Shown here in pieces: positions 38,301-50,725 of a stretch of DNA of 64,000 nt. The notes beneath the pieces were generated by a model. That model did not search any database. It had not been told where the DNA came from and saw nothing but the letters and a program-made list of their open reading frames with translations. How positions within the stretch are numbered: position 1 is the first letter of the stretch; every line of letters starts with the position of its first letter. The DNA lies in assembly GCA_964016885.1 (NCBI GenBank), contig OZ024743.1, positions 32,798,001 through 32,862,000 on the forward strand. The letters run 5' to 3'. This DNA is from Eledone cirrhosa. Its lineage: Eukaryota. Both the position numbers and the translations under genes were made by a program.

Positions 38301-38869
38301 CTGCTATAGTATTTTATGAATTTTCAGAAGTCATCAGGCTGAACTATGGATTATATATCTAAACATTTACTGACACTTAGATTACTTGGAGTGTGAAAAC
38401 TGTGTCAGAAAAAACTGTAAATCATTGGTGGATTGGCAGTATTGGTAGACAGTCGGACTCTATTATGCTTTGCAGCATAGAGTTAAGGCTCTATATGGTC
38501 TGAGTTCAAATCCCACCAAGGTTAACTTTGCCTTTCTCTGAGACAAGTGGAAGTAAGGAAGGAAATTTTCTTCAGACCTAGATACTTGGATTGAATATTT
38601 GCAATAGATTGGGCTCTGTTAAAAGTACTGAAGGGTCAGATGTGGTGAAAAAACTAAAAATGGATTATTTTTACAAATCAAATCTAAGTGTTGGCAGTAT
38701 GGTATGGTAACATATCTAATTTGGTGCATTGGAATAGATGTTACAATACATATAAATTCAAATTCTACCAGCATCAACTTGACATTTTATCACTTTGGGG
38801 CTAATATCATCATTTTAACATTCACTTTCCTTGCTAGCAAGGGTTGGACAGATCTACCACCATGGCATA

Positions 38870-39120
38870 AGAGGAATTGGATGTAGTTTGCAAGAGAGAA
38901 GACTGTGTTGGTATGGACATGTGATGCAGATGGAAGATAATAGCTGCATAAAGCAATGCAGAATACCCCAGTTGCTGTAACACATGGAAGAAACAGACCC
39001 AGGAAGACATGGGATGAGGTTGTAAAGACTGACTTTTGAAAAAAATAAATCTTACAACAGAAAGTACTAAAGGTTGTGAGGGCTGGCACTATGTGGTGCT
39101 GAAGAAGACCTGACCTGCAA
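38870..39120 (+). pseudogene. RTE ORF C-terminal remnant
   Basis: 'RGIGCSLQERRLCWYGHVM..GRNRPRKTWDEVV' in broken frames. Confidence 0.65.
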
Positions 39121-39519
39121 CATGCAATGTGGCCTGACCCCCTCCCTCTTTCCACCACGCTTCACTAACAGCTATCCTCAACACTGGTACACCCCCTTAC
39201 TGCACACACCCCATTCCCCCTCCCTACACATACTCCTAGCTGCTGCCCTCTTGTGAAGTGTTGGGTGATGGGGAGGGCATTCAACAGTAGAAAGCTTGCT
39301 TAACAAAGGGTCAGAAGGATTCTTTAGTCGTGTCAAGACATGACAGCCTCCCTAGTATTTGATGATTTACACAATAAACACACCCAGTACATGCTGTAAA
39401 GTGGTTGGGGATAGTAAGGGTATCCAAGCATAGAAAGGTTGTCAAACAAAGGGTTGAGAGGACCATCAGTTGTGTCAAAGACGTGACAAATGCCCCGCTG
39501 CATACGCTAGAATGTAAGA

Positions 39520-40155
39520 CAGATCCATGGCTTGTCAGGGTGATCCACCACCATGTCACCTTCTGTCTTGGTGGGACCTTACTCCAGCTACAGACCTGGC
39601 TTGTGGCTTTCAGTAGGTTGTCCCATAGAAATTCCCATTTTTTCTCTATGTTATATATCCTTAACTTCGCTGCCTTACTGTCATAGATGTGAAGAAGCAT
39701 TTCTTTAAATGTGTTACCTACTGAGGACTCTTTCAGCTTCCTTCTCCATACTGGCTTTTGTCTCAGGTTCCACCTAGCCTTTACTCTAAGTCGCTGACAA
39801 CTAATCTATGTTGGAAGGTACATTCCTCCCCAGGGAAGGTCTTGGTATTTATGTTTATTTGCCTGTCATGTTTCTTGGTGAGGATGAAGTCTATTTGGCT
39901 TGCATGACTCCCTGATTGGTAGGTAATCAGGTGGTTGGCTGGTTTAAAGGTTGTGTTACACATCATTAAGTCAAGAGCATCATAGAACTCCAGAAGCATA
40001 GTCCCCTCCTCCTTGCTTGTGCTATACCGGTAGCCTCCATGTATGTCAGGTAATCTATCATGATGTTTCCCAACATGTCCATTGAAGTCACCAGCTACAG
40101 TCATAAGATCGCTGTCATCTGTCATTGAGGCAGTCTGCATGAGGGCCTCATAGAA
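39520..40155 (-). pseudogene. RTE APE endonuclease and linker remnant
   Basis: AGDFNGHVG, ITYQSG..SQIDFIL, PGEECTFQHRLVVSD, and 'KVTWWW'. Confidence 0.8.
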
Positions 40156-40159
40156 ATGA

Positions 40160-40333
40160 ACAACATGCTTTATGACACAGAGTTATGGCCCTTTACGTTA
40201 TGGGTTCAAATCCCACTGAGGTTGGCTTTGCCTTTCATCCTTATGGAAGTTGATAAAATAACACACTGGGGTCGATTTAATCGTCTTTCCCCTCCCCAAA
40301 TTGTTGGCCTTGTGCCTAAATCAGAAACCACTA
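40160..40333 (+). mobile_element. tRNA-derived SINE, older copy
   Basis: GGGTTCAAATCCC B box, Meta-like domain, GGCCTTGTGCCTAAA 3' end. Confidence 0.7.
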
Positions 40334-42170
40334 TTGTAAAAAGAAATAAAGTATCTTACCTGCAGTTTGATGTATAATTAATACTTGCATCATATTTTCA
40401 AAATATAAAATCTTGGCAATTTCTGAATTTTAGCTGAAATAACATTTTCTAGCCAGACATTGCTTTTGTTTTATTTGTTCTAGAACACATTGTTAGATTG
40501 AATTTGTCTGTTCTTAGATCCTTATTCAAAATATTTGTTTTGGTGGTGACTAGTCTTATTTTTTTCCTGTTAAAATAGTAGCTATTGATAATGTAGTGTG
40601 CTGAGACGATAGTATACTTTTGATACAAAGAAGTAAAGTAATAGACAAATTAGTTACTCTCATAGGCTCCATTTATGGCATGTTGTTATTTTTTTTTTAA
40701 ATATTTATTTGATATTTTATTTTAATGTTTTAGTTTTGTCAAATATTTTCAAGTTTTATATCAGTACTGACTTTTCAGAACATATAATTTCATTGTTTTA
40801 TCTTATAATCTACATGCATTTATAGCATCATTTACACAATATAGACATATCTACCATATATGGCTGAAACATTTCTATATAAATATATTATATATCATTG
40901 ACAAATGATGGTAAAAAACTGTCATCTACAATGAATGTTGCATGTGCAAAGGCATTTCAGATAGTTAGTACAAGAGTATTGAGATTGTGGCTTCACATCA
41001 GCAATATTTGTAGCATATTTAGTATAGGCATATGGATAAGTTAAAGTAGTAACAGAATCTATGCAAAATAGAAGTAGGCTAAAGCATTAGCAAGATCTTA
41101 TATGAGGATCGATAACCTCTTCTTTTAGAACAATAAGTATCAAATACGATCTAACACAAGGATGCATGCAAATATGTTTTTATGTGATGTTATCCAAATC
41201 AAATCAGCATGGAAAAGTTGGCATTAAAAAAAATAATGATGGCAATAAAATCAAAACTACATCCGGTCAGGATTTATATTTATTTTTTAGCTTCCGTTTT
41301 CATATAAAATGTTCAGTAATAAAATAAATAGTGTCAAAATAATATTTCTATAGAATCTTTCAGAATTAGCACTTCTTTTGCTCTCACTGATGTGAGAAAA
41401 AATTACTCCGGTTTAGTGGAATAAATAATCATTTGGTAAAAGATTAAATTAAAGTGGCATTCATTTATTTTGTTCAAACCAAATTATAAAATATATTGAA
41501 AACAAATTAGCTTGTAACATGAATAGATTAATATGTAAAGAATATATTATAATATTACAGAGAAAGTTATAGGTGTTTGAAATGAGATGAATGAGAAGGC
41601 TTAGCACTGTACATTGGTAGCTATTGTTGTTATAAATATAAAATTTTGAGGGTGGTGAATAAAATACTTTGAGCATTCTGTTACACCCCTTTACATTCTG
41701 AGTTCAAACTCTGCCGAGGTCAACTTTACCTTTCATTCTTCCAGAATCAATAAAATAAGGTACTAGTGAAGTACCGAGGTCAATTTAATTGACTTACCCT
41801 TCGCCAAGATACATGACCTTGTGCCTACATTAAAAACAATTATTAATATTACCTTTTGAGATATTCTTAATATGCTTACAAAACACAATTCAAACTGAAA
41901 TAATATATCTATGAGTTACATGCAATAAGTTTCTCTACTTTTCTTATCTCAATGGGAACATTTTGACCATGTATTATCCTGTTCTACATTTGATAGAGGG
42001 TGTAAAACTAATTCATTTCAAATATATGTTTACTAGTTTTTGACATCTCTAATTTGTTCCGGTTTAAAAAACCTAAAATAATGTCCCTGCTAACATTTAA
42101 TTTAAACAAGCATAAAAATCTGCAAATTATACAGTTGTATATAAACACACCTCCACAAGCACATACACAA

Positions 42171-42214
<44 letters not shown>

Positions 42215-42419
42215 AGAGAGAGAAAGAGAGGTGTAGGTGTCAAGACAAAAAACATCTAGCCCACACTTTAAAGTGGTCATGTAGGAGTCACGACAAAAAG
42301 TACCCAGCACGCAGTAAATGTAGTTGGCTATAGGAAGAGCATCCAGCCATAGAAACCAAGTCAGAAACAGTTCTATGTGACCCAACTTGCCTCAAACAGA
42401 ACAACCAGTCTAACCCATG

Positions 42420-42938
42420 CTACACCTAGAGGATTGCAACGATGAAGGAGATAAGCTACTGGGAGAGACTAAAAGAACTGAACATCGACTCCTTAAAACA
42501 AAGACAGGAATGATACGTAGTGATATACATAGGGAAAATCCTGGAGGGACTAACACCAAACTTTGGCATTGGGAGCTAGACCAACCCCCAAACAGAACGT
42601 CACTGTGTGGTGCAAACGGTCCTATCTTCCACATCTAGAATAAGGACCAGATATTGCAATAGCCCGGGGTTCAAAGGCCTTCAACTTTTCAACAAGGTGC
42701 CAAGGGATTTGAAAGATCTGCATGGTGTGGACGTGGATGTTTTCAAGAAACATCTCAACACCCTGCTATCCAGGATCCCGGCTGAGTCCACAGCACAGTA
42801 CAAGGTAACCTAAGGGCAGCAGCAATGAACTCCCTCTAACACAAATGACCAGCCAACAAAGGCTGGAGATAGAAAGTGTAGCAACAAGGGCGGTGCCCCA
42901 GCATGGCCTCAGCCGGATGGCTGGAACAGGTAAAAGAG
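42420..42938 (+). pseudogene. CR1-group LINE 3' remnant
   Basis: 'RTRYCNSPGFKGLQLFNKVPRDLKDLHGVDVDVFKKHLNTLLSRIP' resembles a CR1-group ORF2 C-terminus. Confidence 0.65.
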
Positions 42939-42989
42939 TATATATATATGTATATATATGTACATATGTGTATATATATATGTGTGTAT

Positions 42990-43510
42990 ATAAATTAATA
43001 AAAACAATGAATAAAAACAAAGAATCAGTTCCTTATATTAAAAAACTCATCATTTTACGATCGTTTCTAGGATATATATATGTGTATTGGTATGTATATC
43101 ATATAGATCTATGTAAACATTTTACAAACTATCAGAGGGAATATACATACCTACACATATATATGCTGTCTTCAGAATTAATCATTATTTCTGAAGACAG
43201 CATATATATGTGTAGGTATTATATTCCCTCTGATAGTTTGTAAAATGTTTACATAGATCTATATGATATACATACCAATACACATATATATATCCTAGAA
43301 ACGATCGTAAAATGATGAATTTTTTAATATAAGGAACTGTTTCTTTGTTTTTATTCATTGTTTTTATTAATTTATCTTGACTCTGTTTTCCTGTGTTTTT
43401 CATCGAAAAAGATTTTTGAATACATCTTCTCTTTTCATGATATTTGGATTACATTGAGTTCTTCATACGGATTGGACACTACCGTATATTTTGGTAGATT
43501 TATCTACATA
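42990..43510. mobile_element. Second palindromic Penelope-like pLTR cassette in (TA)n
   Basis: About 188-bp inverted arms (42990-43177 and 43189-43375, about 3 differences), 11-nt spacer, unique 3' extension to about 43510, TA-rich repeats on both flanks. Confidence 0.72.
43184..43316 (+). ncRNA. Type I hammerhead ribozyme with a 100-nt extended stem II
   Basis: ATTATTT-CTGAAGA-[100 nt, partly self-pairing]-GAAA-CGATCG-TA-AAATGAT; palindromic ACGATCGT stem III region; the base of stem II is mismatched. Confidence 0.6.
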
Positions 43511-43514
43511 TGTG

Positions 43515-43547
<33 letters not shown>

Positions 43548-43563
43548 GTACATATGTATATAT

Positions 43564-43595
<32 letters not shown>

Positions 43596-43604
43596 TTATG
43601 TATA

Positions 43605-43635
<31 letters not shown>

Positions 43636-43818
43636 GTACATATGTATATATATATGTATATATATATATATATATATATGTACGTGTATATATATATATA
43701 TGTATATATATATATGTACGTATGTATATATATATATGTATATATATATATGTGTATATATATATGTATATATATATATGTGTATATATATGTATATATA
43801 TATATGTGTATATATATG

Positions 43819-43849
<31 letters not shown>

Positions 43850-43858
43850 GTATATATA

Positions 43859-43903
<45 letters not shown>

Positions 43904-44109
43904 GTATATATATATGTGTATATATATGTATATATATATGTGTATATATATGTATATATATATGTGTATATATATGTATATATGTATATATATGTATATA
44001 TATATGTGTATGTATATATATTTGTGTATAAATATACATATGTATATTTATATATATATATATATGTACATATGTATATATATATGTATATGTACATATG
44101 TATATATAT

Positions 44110-44158
<49 letters not shown>

Positions 44159-44276
44159 TATATATATGTATATGTATATATATATGTACATATGTATATA
44201 TATATATGTGTGTGTGTATGTATATATATATGTGTGTGTGTATATATGTGTGTGTGTGTATATATATATACACACA

Positions 44277-44330
<54 letters not shown>
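43511..44330. repeat. About 820-bp compound (TA)/(TG) microsatellite
   Basis: Near-continuous purine-pyrimidine alternation; it accounts for the Y/I/M/C-rich ORFs in the track. Confidence 0.95.
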
Positions 44331-44334
<4 letters not shown>

Positions 44335-44783
44335 TCTATACATTACATATGACAATAACACCTTCACATACTTATCTCACTACAAGGCATCTTATATCTG
44401 AATTATTTATAATTTCTTCAAACATACAAATATTTATAAAAATTCAAAAATATAAATCAATACAAACATATATTAAAGACTATAGTATAATTAGTTTTAA
44501 AAGGAATAAAAGTATTTCTCTAAATTAAGATAAAATATAATTTCGAATGCTAGGTATTTATTAGGTTTCATTTGTTTGTCTCTGTATGTTTGCATATGTG
44601 TGTAGGAGTTTTGATGTGTGCATGAAGGTCAGATTCTTATTATATATGTCAATGTTTTTATGCATGGAGTAGTGTAAATAAGATTTATCATCCAGAAGCT
44701 TCCTATTTTCTCTATTGATTTAGATTAGGTTATTTTAGCTCTCTATTTCTGCAAGATTATGCTTATTTGTGTGTGTGTGTGTG

Positions 44784-44818
<35 letters not shown>

Positions 44819-44835
44819 GCATAAAATATATATAT

Positions 44836-45560
44836 ATGTGCATAAAAGATGTAGTGGGATCACAGGTAGGCTAACTAAGAACATAGATTTTACATGTGGC
44901 CGGTGCTCTGGTGCAATAAGTAGCAGCAAGTGCCCACAAACTACTAGCTCTTTCAATTGCGCAGAGGGTTCTATAGAAATAGTGGACAGCTTCCGTTACC
45001 TGGGCGATAAAATCAGCAGTGGGGGAGGGTGCTCTGAAAGTACTGTAGCTAGAGTCAGAACTGGTTGGAAAAAGTTCAGAGAGCTTATACCACTATTAGC
45101 TGCTAAAGGGTTCTCACTAAAAATGAAAGGCAGGTTGTACGATGCCTGCATACGAACAGCAATGCTGCATGGCAGTGAGACCTGGGCATTGTGTGCAGAG
45201 GATATACGCAGACTAGAGAGGAACGAAGCTTGCATGCTCCGCTGGATGTGTAACAGTAATATACGTGAACGGCAAAGCATAAACGAACTAAGGAATAAAT
45301 TAGAGATAAGAGGGATCAGATGTTGTTTACTCGAGAGAAGGCTACGTTGGTATGGACACGTGATGCGCATGAAAGTCGATAGCTGTATAACAAAGTGCAG
45401 GGCAATAAAGATAGACGGTAGTCACGGAATAGGCAGACCTAGAAAAACCTGGGACGAGCTGATAAACTCCGACATCACACACTTACACCTCTCCAAGACA
45501 ATGTCACTGGACCGAGACCTTTGGCGGTACTCAGTAACAGAGAAGACCCGCCTTACCTAA
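44836..45560 (+). pseudogene. 5'-truncated RTE ORF: half of a PHD-type finger, RT thumb and C-terminus
   Basis: VHKRCSGITGRL...FTCGRC, DSFRYLGD, MLHGSETW, RRLRWYGHVMR, GRPRKTW; open to TAA at 45560. Confidence 0.88.
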
Positions 45561-45654
45561 ATATATAGTAAAACCTACTCCAGCCAGTAGGCATCTCTAA
45601 CAAATACACCCCGTCCCACCACCCCCACCTGATCCACACCACCCCGTTCTATGT

Positions 45655-45955
45655 AAAGTTATGTTGGTGCCGCGCCATCGAGGCCGAAACAAATGAGATC
45701 GTGTAGGTGTCACGACAAAAAAACACACAGTCCACGCTGTAATGTGGCCGTGTAGGCAACACGGTAAAAACCTCCCAGACCCACACTGTAAATGTGGTTG
45801 GTGTTAGGAAGGGCATCCAACTGTAGAAAACCTGCCAGACAGTCCTATGCGAGCAAGACAATCACTCTTGCCTCAAGTGGGACTACCCCCGTCCAAACCC
45901 ATGCAAGCGTGGAACACGGACGTTAAACGCTGATGATGATGATGATGATGATGAT
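45655..45955 (+). mobile_element. Non-autonomous RTE-related element with (GAT)n tail
   Basis: GGTTGGTGTTAGGAAGGGCATCCAACTGTAGAAA motif and the AACCCATGCAAGCGTGGAACACGGACGTTAAAC(GAT)n end. Similar copies near 6150-6420, 27600-27800, 39310-39520, 42230-42420 and 52005-52310. Confidence 0.7.
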
Positions 45956-47669
45956 ATATATGCACATATACACACACTATGATTTATGAAAGCACATTTA
46001 TATACATGCATGATTTCCACTCACATTAATGCAATTATCTGTTGTTGCATGCCATCTTGAGGCTATATTCTGCAGAAAGGTGCATGATATTTATATTTTG
46101 TTTTTATAGTTTTGCATTTGTATTATGTTGATGAAGAATTTCCCAGAATTCTTTATGAACAGATTGGTGTCATGATCAATGAATAACATTTGCATTGAAC
46201 TTATTTGAATAAATTATTAAGTTAATCAGAATGTATTAGAAAAATAAAGAGATTAGAATTACAGAAAAGCAATTAAAAGACAATATTTGTCCTCTACTAA
46301 ATGTTTATTCCCAGCTTCATACATATATTTGTAAAATGACATTATCGATGTTTGTGCTCTATATATTTCTGCCCATATTATGAGGCTCATAATTTTCTTT
46401 ATATTTTCCAATATTTTCTATTAGATATGCCAGTTAGTATTTATTATAAGCATAAAGAGATCATAAAAGGCAGGTAACATTTTAGCTAGTTAATATCATC
46501 AAAAACTGTAACAGTGATGGACACTTTATATGAAAACAGGATGGTACTAGAAAATTGCTATTAACACATATTATTCTTATTAAAATGCAAAATCACAAGC
46601 ATGTGATATATTTAAGACTTATAAAACATCATCTTCAGTTATCACAACACATCATGGCTCAACAGTTTTACAATCAAGTGCAGTTTATTCACTGAAATAT
46701 TGATTTATGTTATACCATTTTTACAAAAAGTCTCGAAATCAAGTAAGGCAATTGTAGCTTACTACAAGCATAATTTATGTATGAAATAAACTACACAGAA
46801 ACATCTGGTATGGATAATTTTTTAATAAAAGAAAAGTATTTTAGAAGAGATGACGTTAGCAATCAATATAAAATTTGTGTCTTTTATTTGTAACATTTTG
46901 TGATTGATCTTGCTTGAGTTTAGTTCGGAAAATCAATGCCACAATTATAAATGATATAACTTCAATACAACAACTATAGCCACTCCTGTTACAAGGTATG
47001 TCCTCCAAGGATTGCCTTTTAGATTGTCTAATACACATTTAAATGAATGCCATATTCTACAATGATTTCTATGCTAAAAAGGATAAATACAGTATAACCT
47101 CATTCATTCAAATAGTTCTCTCTCTCTCTCTACCTGATGAGAGAGGCCAGTTTTAGAACTGTAACTTTATATATATATATATACATAATGGAAACTTCTT
47201 TCAAATAGTTTCATATGCTGTGCTATGCCAAGTCAAAAGCAATGCCCATTGTGTGTGTGTATATATATGTCCCACCCTTGCAAGCAGGGAAAAGTGGACG
47301 TAAAATGATGATGATATAAATTGAAGAAAATTAACAAAGGGAAAACAAGACAATGAACGAAAACAAGGCAAAACAAAAAAATTATTTTTTGAAAATCAAA
47401 ATGCAAACGAAAGACCTGGAGATTCTTCAGCCGTTGAGATGGACTTTGGCAGTTTCAACCTCTACCAACAGTACTGCTGGTCCACCTGGGGTCACAGCAT
47501 CTGACACAAGCCAAAATACTGTCCATGGTGTAAGAGACAAGACAAAACAATAACTTATAGCAATTAAGCTATAACATGTACACACAGAATTTTATGTGAT
47601 GTCATATATGTACATAGATATATATATATACACACACACATGCACACACATGCACACACACACACAGAT

Positions 47670-48665
47670 CCTCATCTTCATTATCATTTTGTGTCTGCTT
47701 TGCTATGCTTGCATGGGCTGGAGAGGTTCTTTCCACCACAGCATCACACCAATCATCTCGGGCCTTGATCATCTCATCTGTAAGATTGTGATTTGAGATC
47801 AGCTCTGACAAACTCTTCCTGCTATTCAAACAATCTTCTCTCCTGCACACTACATAACTCCTCTTATATCCAGCCACTTCCTCAGCTTATCTATGCTTTG
47901 CCTTGCCTTTCACATATATTAACTTTGCACATTCATCAGCACATGCTTGCTTCATTTCTCTCCAGCCTATACATATCTTCCGCATTCACTTCCATGTGTG
48001 TACATGCAACATACAACCAGCCTTTCTTTCATAGAAAGAAACTTTTTGCTGTCAACAAAGTTAGCAACTCTCTAAACTTTTTCCATTTTGTTCTTACTCT
48101 AGCTATTATACTCCCAGTGCAGTATCCTACCCACTAATTATCACCTAGATAACTTATCACCTAGATAACAGTAGTCATCAACTTCCTGGGATTGAAAAAC
48201 ATTTATTTTACTTCTGCTCTTATTAACTATTCCTGTATATCTGCCACATACAAAGTTTACCATTTCTATTAGTCTGCCCACTACACCATTACCTCTTCTG
48301 TACCCAGGATTTACATTGTGTACATCATATAGAGTTACTACTTACTCCTTTTCTTTACAGGATCAGGTCATTGTCTTCTTTCCTGCTTACCAGAACTTTG
48401 GTTTTCTCCAAGTTTTCTCTAAGCCATTTTTATTCTAAATTATGTTTCCAAAACCAGAATTTCTTCTCTAGCTCTTAGAAACAGGTTGTCAGCTTACAGG
48501 AGTTCTCATGGGCGACCTGTCTTAAACATCTCTGTTATAGCCTGCAGAACAATGATGATAAATAGGAGTGGACTGAGGATGGAGCTCTGAGCACCTACGT
48601 GCACACTGAATTCTTTACTAAATTCACTGCCTACTCTCACTTTACTAACAGCTCCTCTGTACATG
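47670..48665 (-). pseudogene. Decayed RTE RT domain including the PHD-type insertion
   Basis: SKEFSVHVG, ILSPLLFIIIV, ELL*ADNL, EKTKVLVS, RKGVSSNSI*CTQCKSWV.KR, FVCGR, YLGD and WKKFRELLTLL in broken frames. Confidence 0.8.
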
Positions 48666-48979
48666 GTTGGATGCTCTTCCTATCACCAACCTCTTTACAG
48701 CACGGACACTGCATTCTTCCTGCTGCTAACACTAGAGAGATTGTCTAACCAGACAAAAAGTCCTCTCCACATTATACAGTCTTTTTTGTTCAGAGTGACT
48801 GCTCTTCTAGCTGCACTGCTTTTTCCCTCAGCTTGCAGAGACCATGACAAACCTGCGCAGTCATAAGTTTAAGTAAGCAGCATGTAGAAAGGTAGTGGAT
48901 AGCCCAGGGAGGGAGGAAGTAGTGAAAGGAAAAGACATACATACATACACATACATACATACATGTATTCGTGCATGTA

Positions 48980-49011
<32 letters not shown>

Positions 49012-49787
49012 TGTTTCTAATTTTGGTACAAGGCCAGCAATTACTCAGTACATTACTGGTACTTTATTTCATCGACCCCGTAAGGATGAAAGGCAAATAC
49101 AATTCAAGAGAAATTCTACATCAACACATGATGATAAATCCAAAGATATCTCAGCTAGAAACACAAATATTTGTACCCAACAAATAATTGAGTATTATAG
49201 GAAAAACAGGAAATTTCCTTTTACATTTTGATCATGGCCTATCATCAAGGAATGTTTAGAGATAGACAGAACAGCACACTGGTTGTTTGTCCATAAAGAT
49301 TAAAGTAAAGTGTTAGCTACAGCCATTGGAGGTAACAGACTAAGAAAGACTAACTTATCTCGTTCACTATATATGTGTGTGTATGTGTGTGCATTTCTGG
49401 GCTCTTTTGAGAGTCCATTATACATATGTATGTGCATGTGTTTTGTAGTTTTTTTTGTTGTTTTTTTTGTATGGAAGAAAGGGAAGTTAAGTGGTGTACT
49501 AAGTATTGGTGACGTATTGAATAGCAGCTGCCAGTCTTTGTAGTGTTTTGATAATCTACCCATGTGGTATACTATCAAAGGATTTCTTGTACTGTACATC
49601 GAGAGTTTAGCTCTGAGTACATTTATGGTGCTGTAAAGATGCACAGGAATGAAATAACCCCACTGATCTATATTCTCTGAAATCAATAAATCTACTCATA
49701 GTTGTTAAATGACTAGATAACATTTTAAAGTATATAACAGATAACTAAAGATGGTCAGCAAAGGAATAACAAAACATTTTACAGAAA

Positions 49788-49822
<35 letters not shown>

Positions 49823-49844
49823 AAATATACATATATGTGTGAGA

Positions 49845-50270
49845 TGCGCGATGCTGCATGGTAGTGAGACATGGGCAGCAACTATGGAAGATATGCGACA
49901 GCTGGAGAGAAATGAAGCAAGCATGCTCTGTTGGATGTGCAATGTCAATGTGCATGAACAACCAAGCATAAACGAGTTGAGAGAGAAACTGTGTATAAGA
50001 GGGATAGGCTGTAGTGTGCGGGAGAGAAGACTGCATTAGTATGGACATGTGATGCACATGGAGGATGACCGTTGGGTAAAGAAGTGCCAACAAATCCCAG
50101 TAGAGGAAAACCACGAAAAACATGGGCGGAGGTGGTGAGAGCAGACCTCAGATCGCTGTAGCTCATGGAGTAGATGACAAAGGACAGTGGCGAATGGAGA
50201 GATGCTGTGCTTAATAAGACTCATCCCACCCTTGCAAGCAGGGTAAAGCAGACGTAAAATGATGATGATA
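49845..50270 (+). pseudogene. RTE 3' fragment with (GAT)n tail
   Basis: AMLHGSETWA...ERRLH*YGHVM...RKTWAEVV followed by the family terminal motif. Confidence 0.8.
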
Positions 50271-50348
50271 TATATATATATAAATATATATTGTAGGTAG
50301 TACGGTGAAATACTGGTGTTGGTACCAAATCAAGCACTCTATGCACAG

Positions 50349-50452
50349 GCATAACAGTCTGAGGAGCAGATCGATACTGAAGTCAGGTCCATAACTCCTA
50401 TGGGTCACCTTGAGCCAATCCTCTGTGAAACGTGCATAACAGGTCGATATGC
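50349..50452 (+). ncRNA. Candidate degenerate type I hammerhead with a long stem II
   Basis: CTGAGGA-GCAGA...TCTGT-GAAAC GTG CATAA CAG GTC-GATATGC followed by AATAAA; stem I is interrupted and stem III has one mismatch. Confidence 0.45.
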
Positions 50453-50630
50453 AATAAATATTTTTCATATGTAAACGAAACTTTCTCATCTTTTTTATTA
50501 TTTATATATATATATATATATAGAATTAGCTTTTAATGAATTCCCTTTTCTATCAACCAATGACCTCTACCCATCCCACTCCCCACCCTCTCCTACCACC
50601 TGAAAAGACCACTTTTATTTTTGGATACCC

Positions 50631-50681
50631 AGATTCCTGATGATTTCTAAAGAATGAAACAGTTCTAGTCCTGTAGAATCT
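50631..50681 (+). ncRNA. Type I hammerhead ribozyme
   Basis: AGATTC-CTGATGA-T-TTC TAAA GAA-T-GAAA-CAG TTCTAGTC CTG-TA-GAATCT: all three stems pair; predicted cleavage after A50675. Confidence 0.85.
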
Positions 50682-50683
50682 CA

Positions 50684-50725
<42 letters not shown>

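Noticed and set aside
43358-44528. Long ORFs (up to 345 aa) rich in Y/I/M/C/V, and similar ORFs at 4754-5118, 58836-59237 and 62696-62989
   Set aside because: Translations of (TA)/(TG) microsatellites, which lack stop codons; not genes.
47128-47168. CTGATGA-GAGAGG-CCAG TTTTAGAA CTG-TA next to (TA)n
   Set aside because: Resembles the 50.6/61.3-kb ribozymes but lacks GAAA and stem I; at best a deleted relic, so not called.
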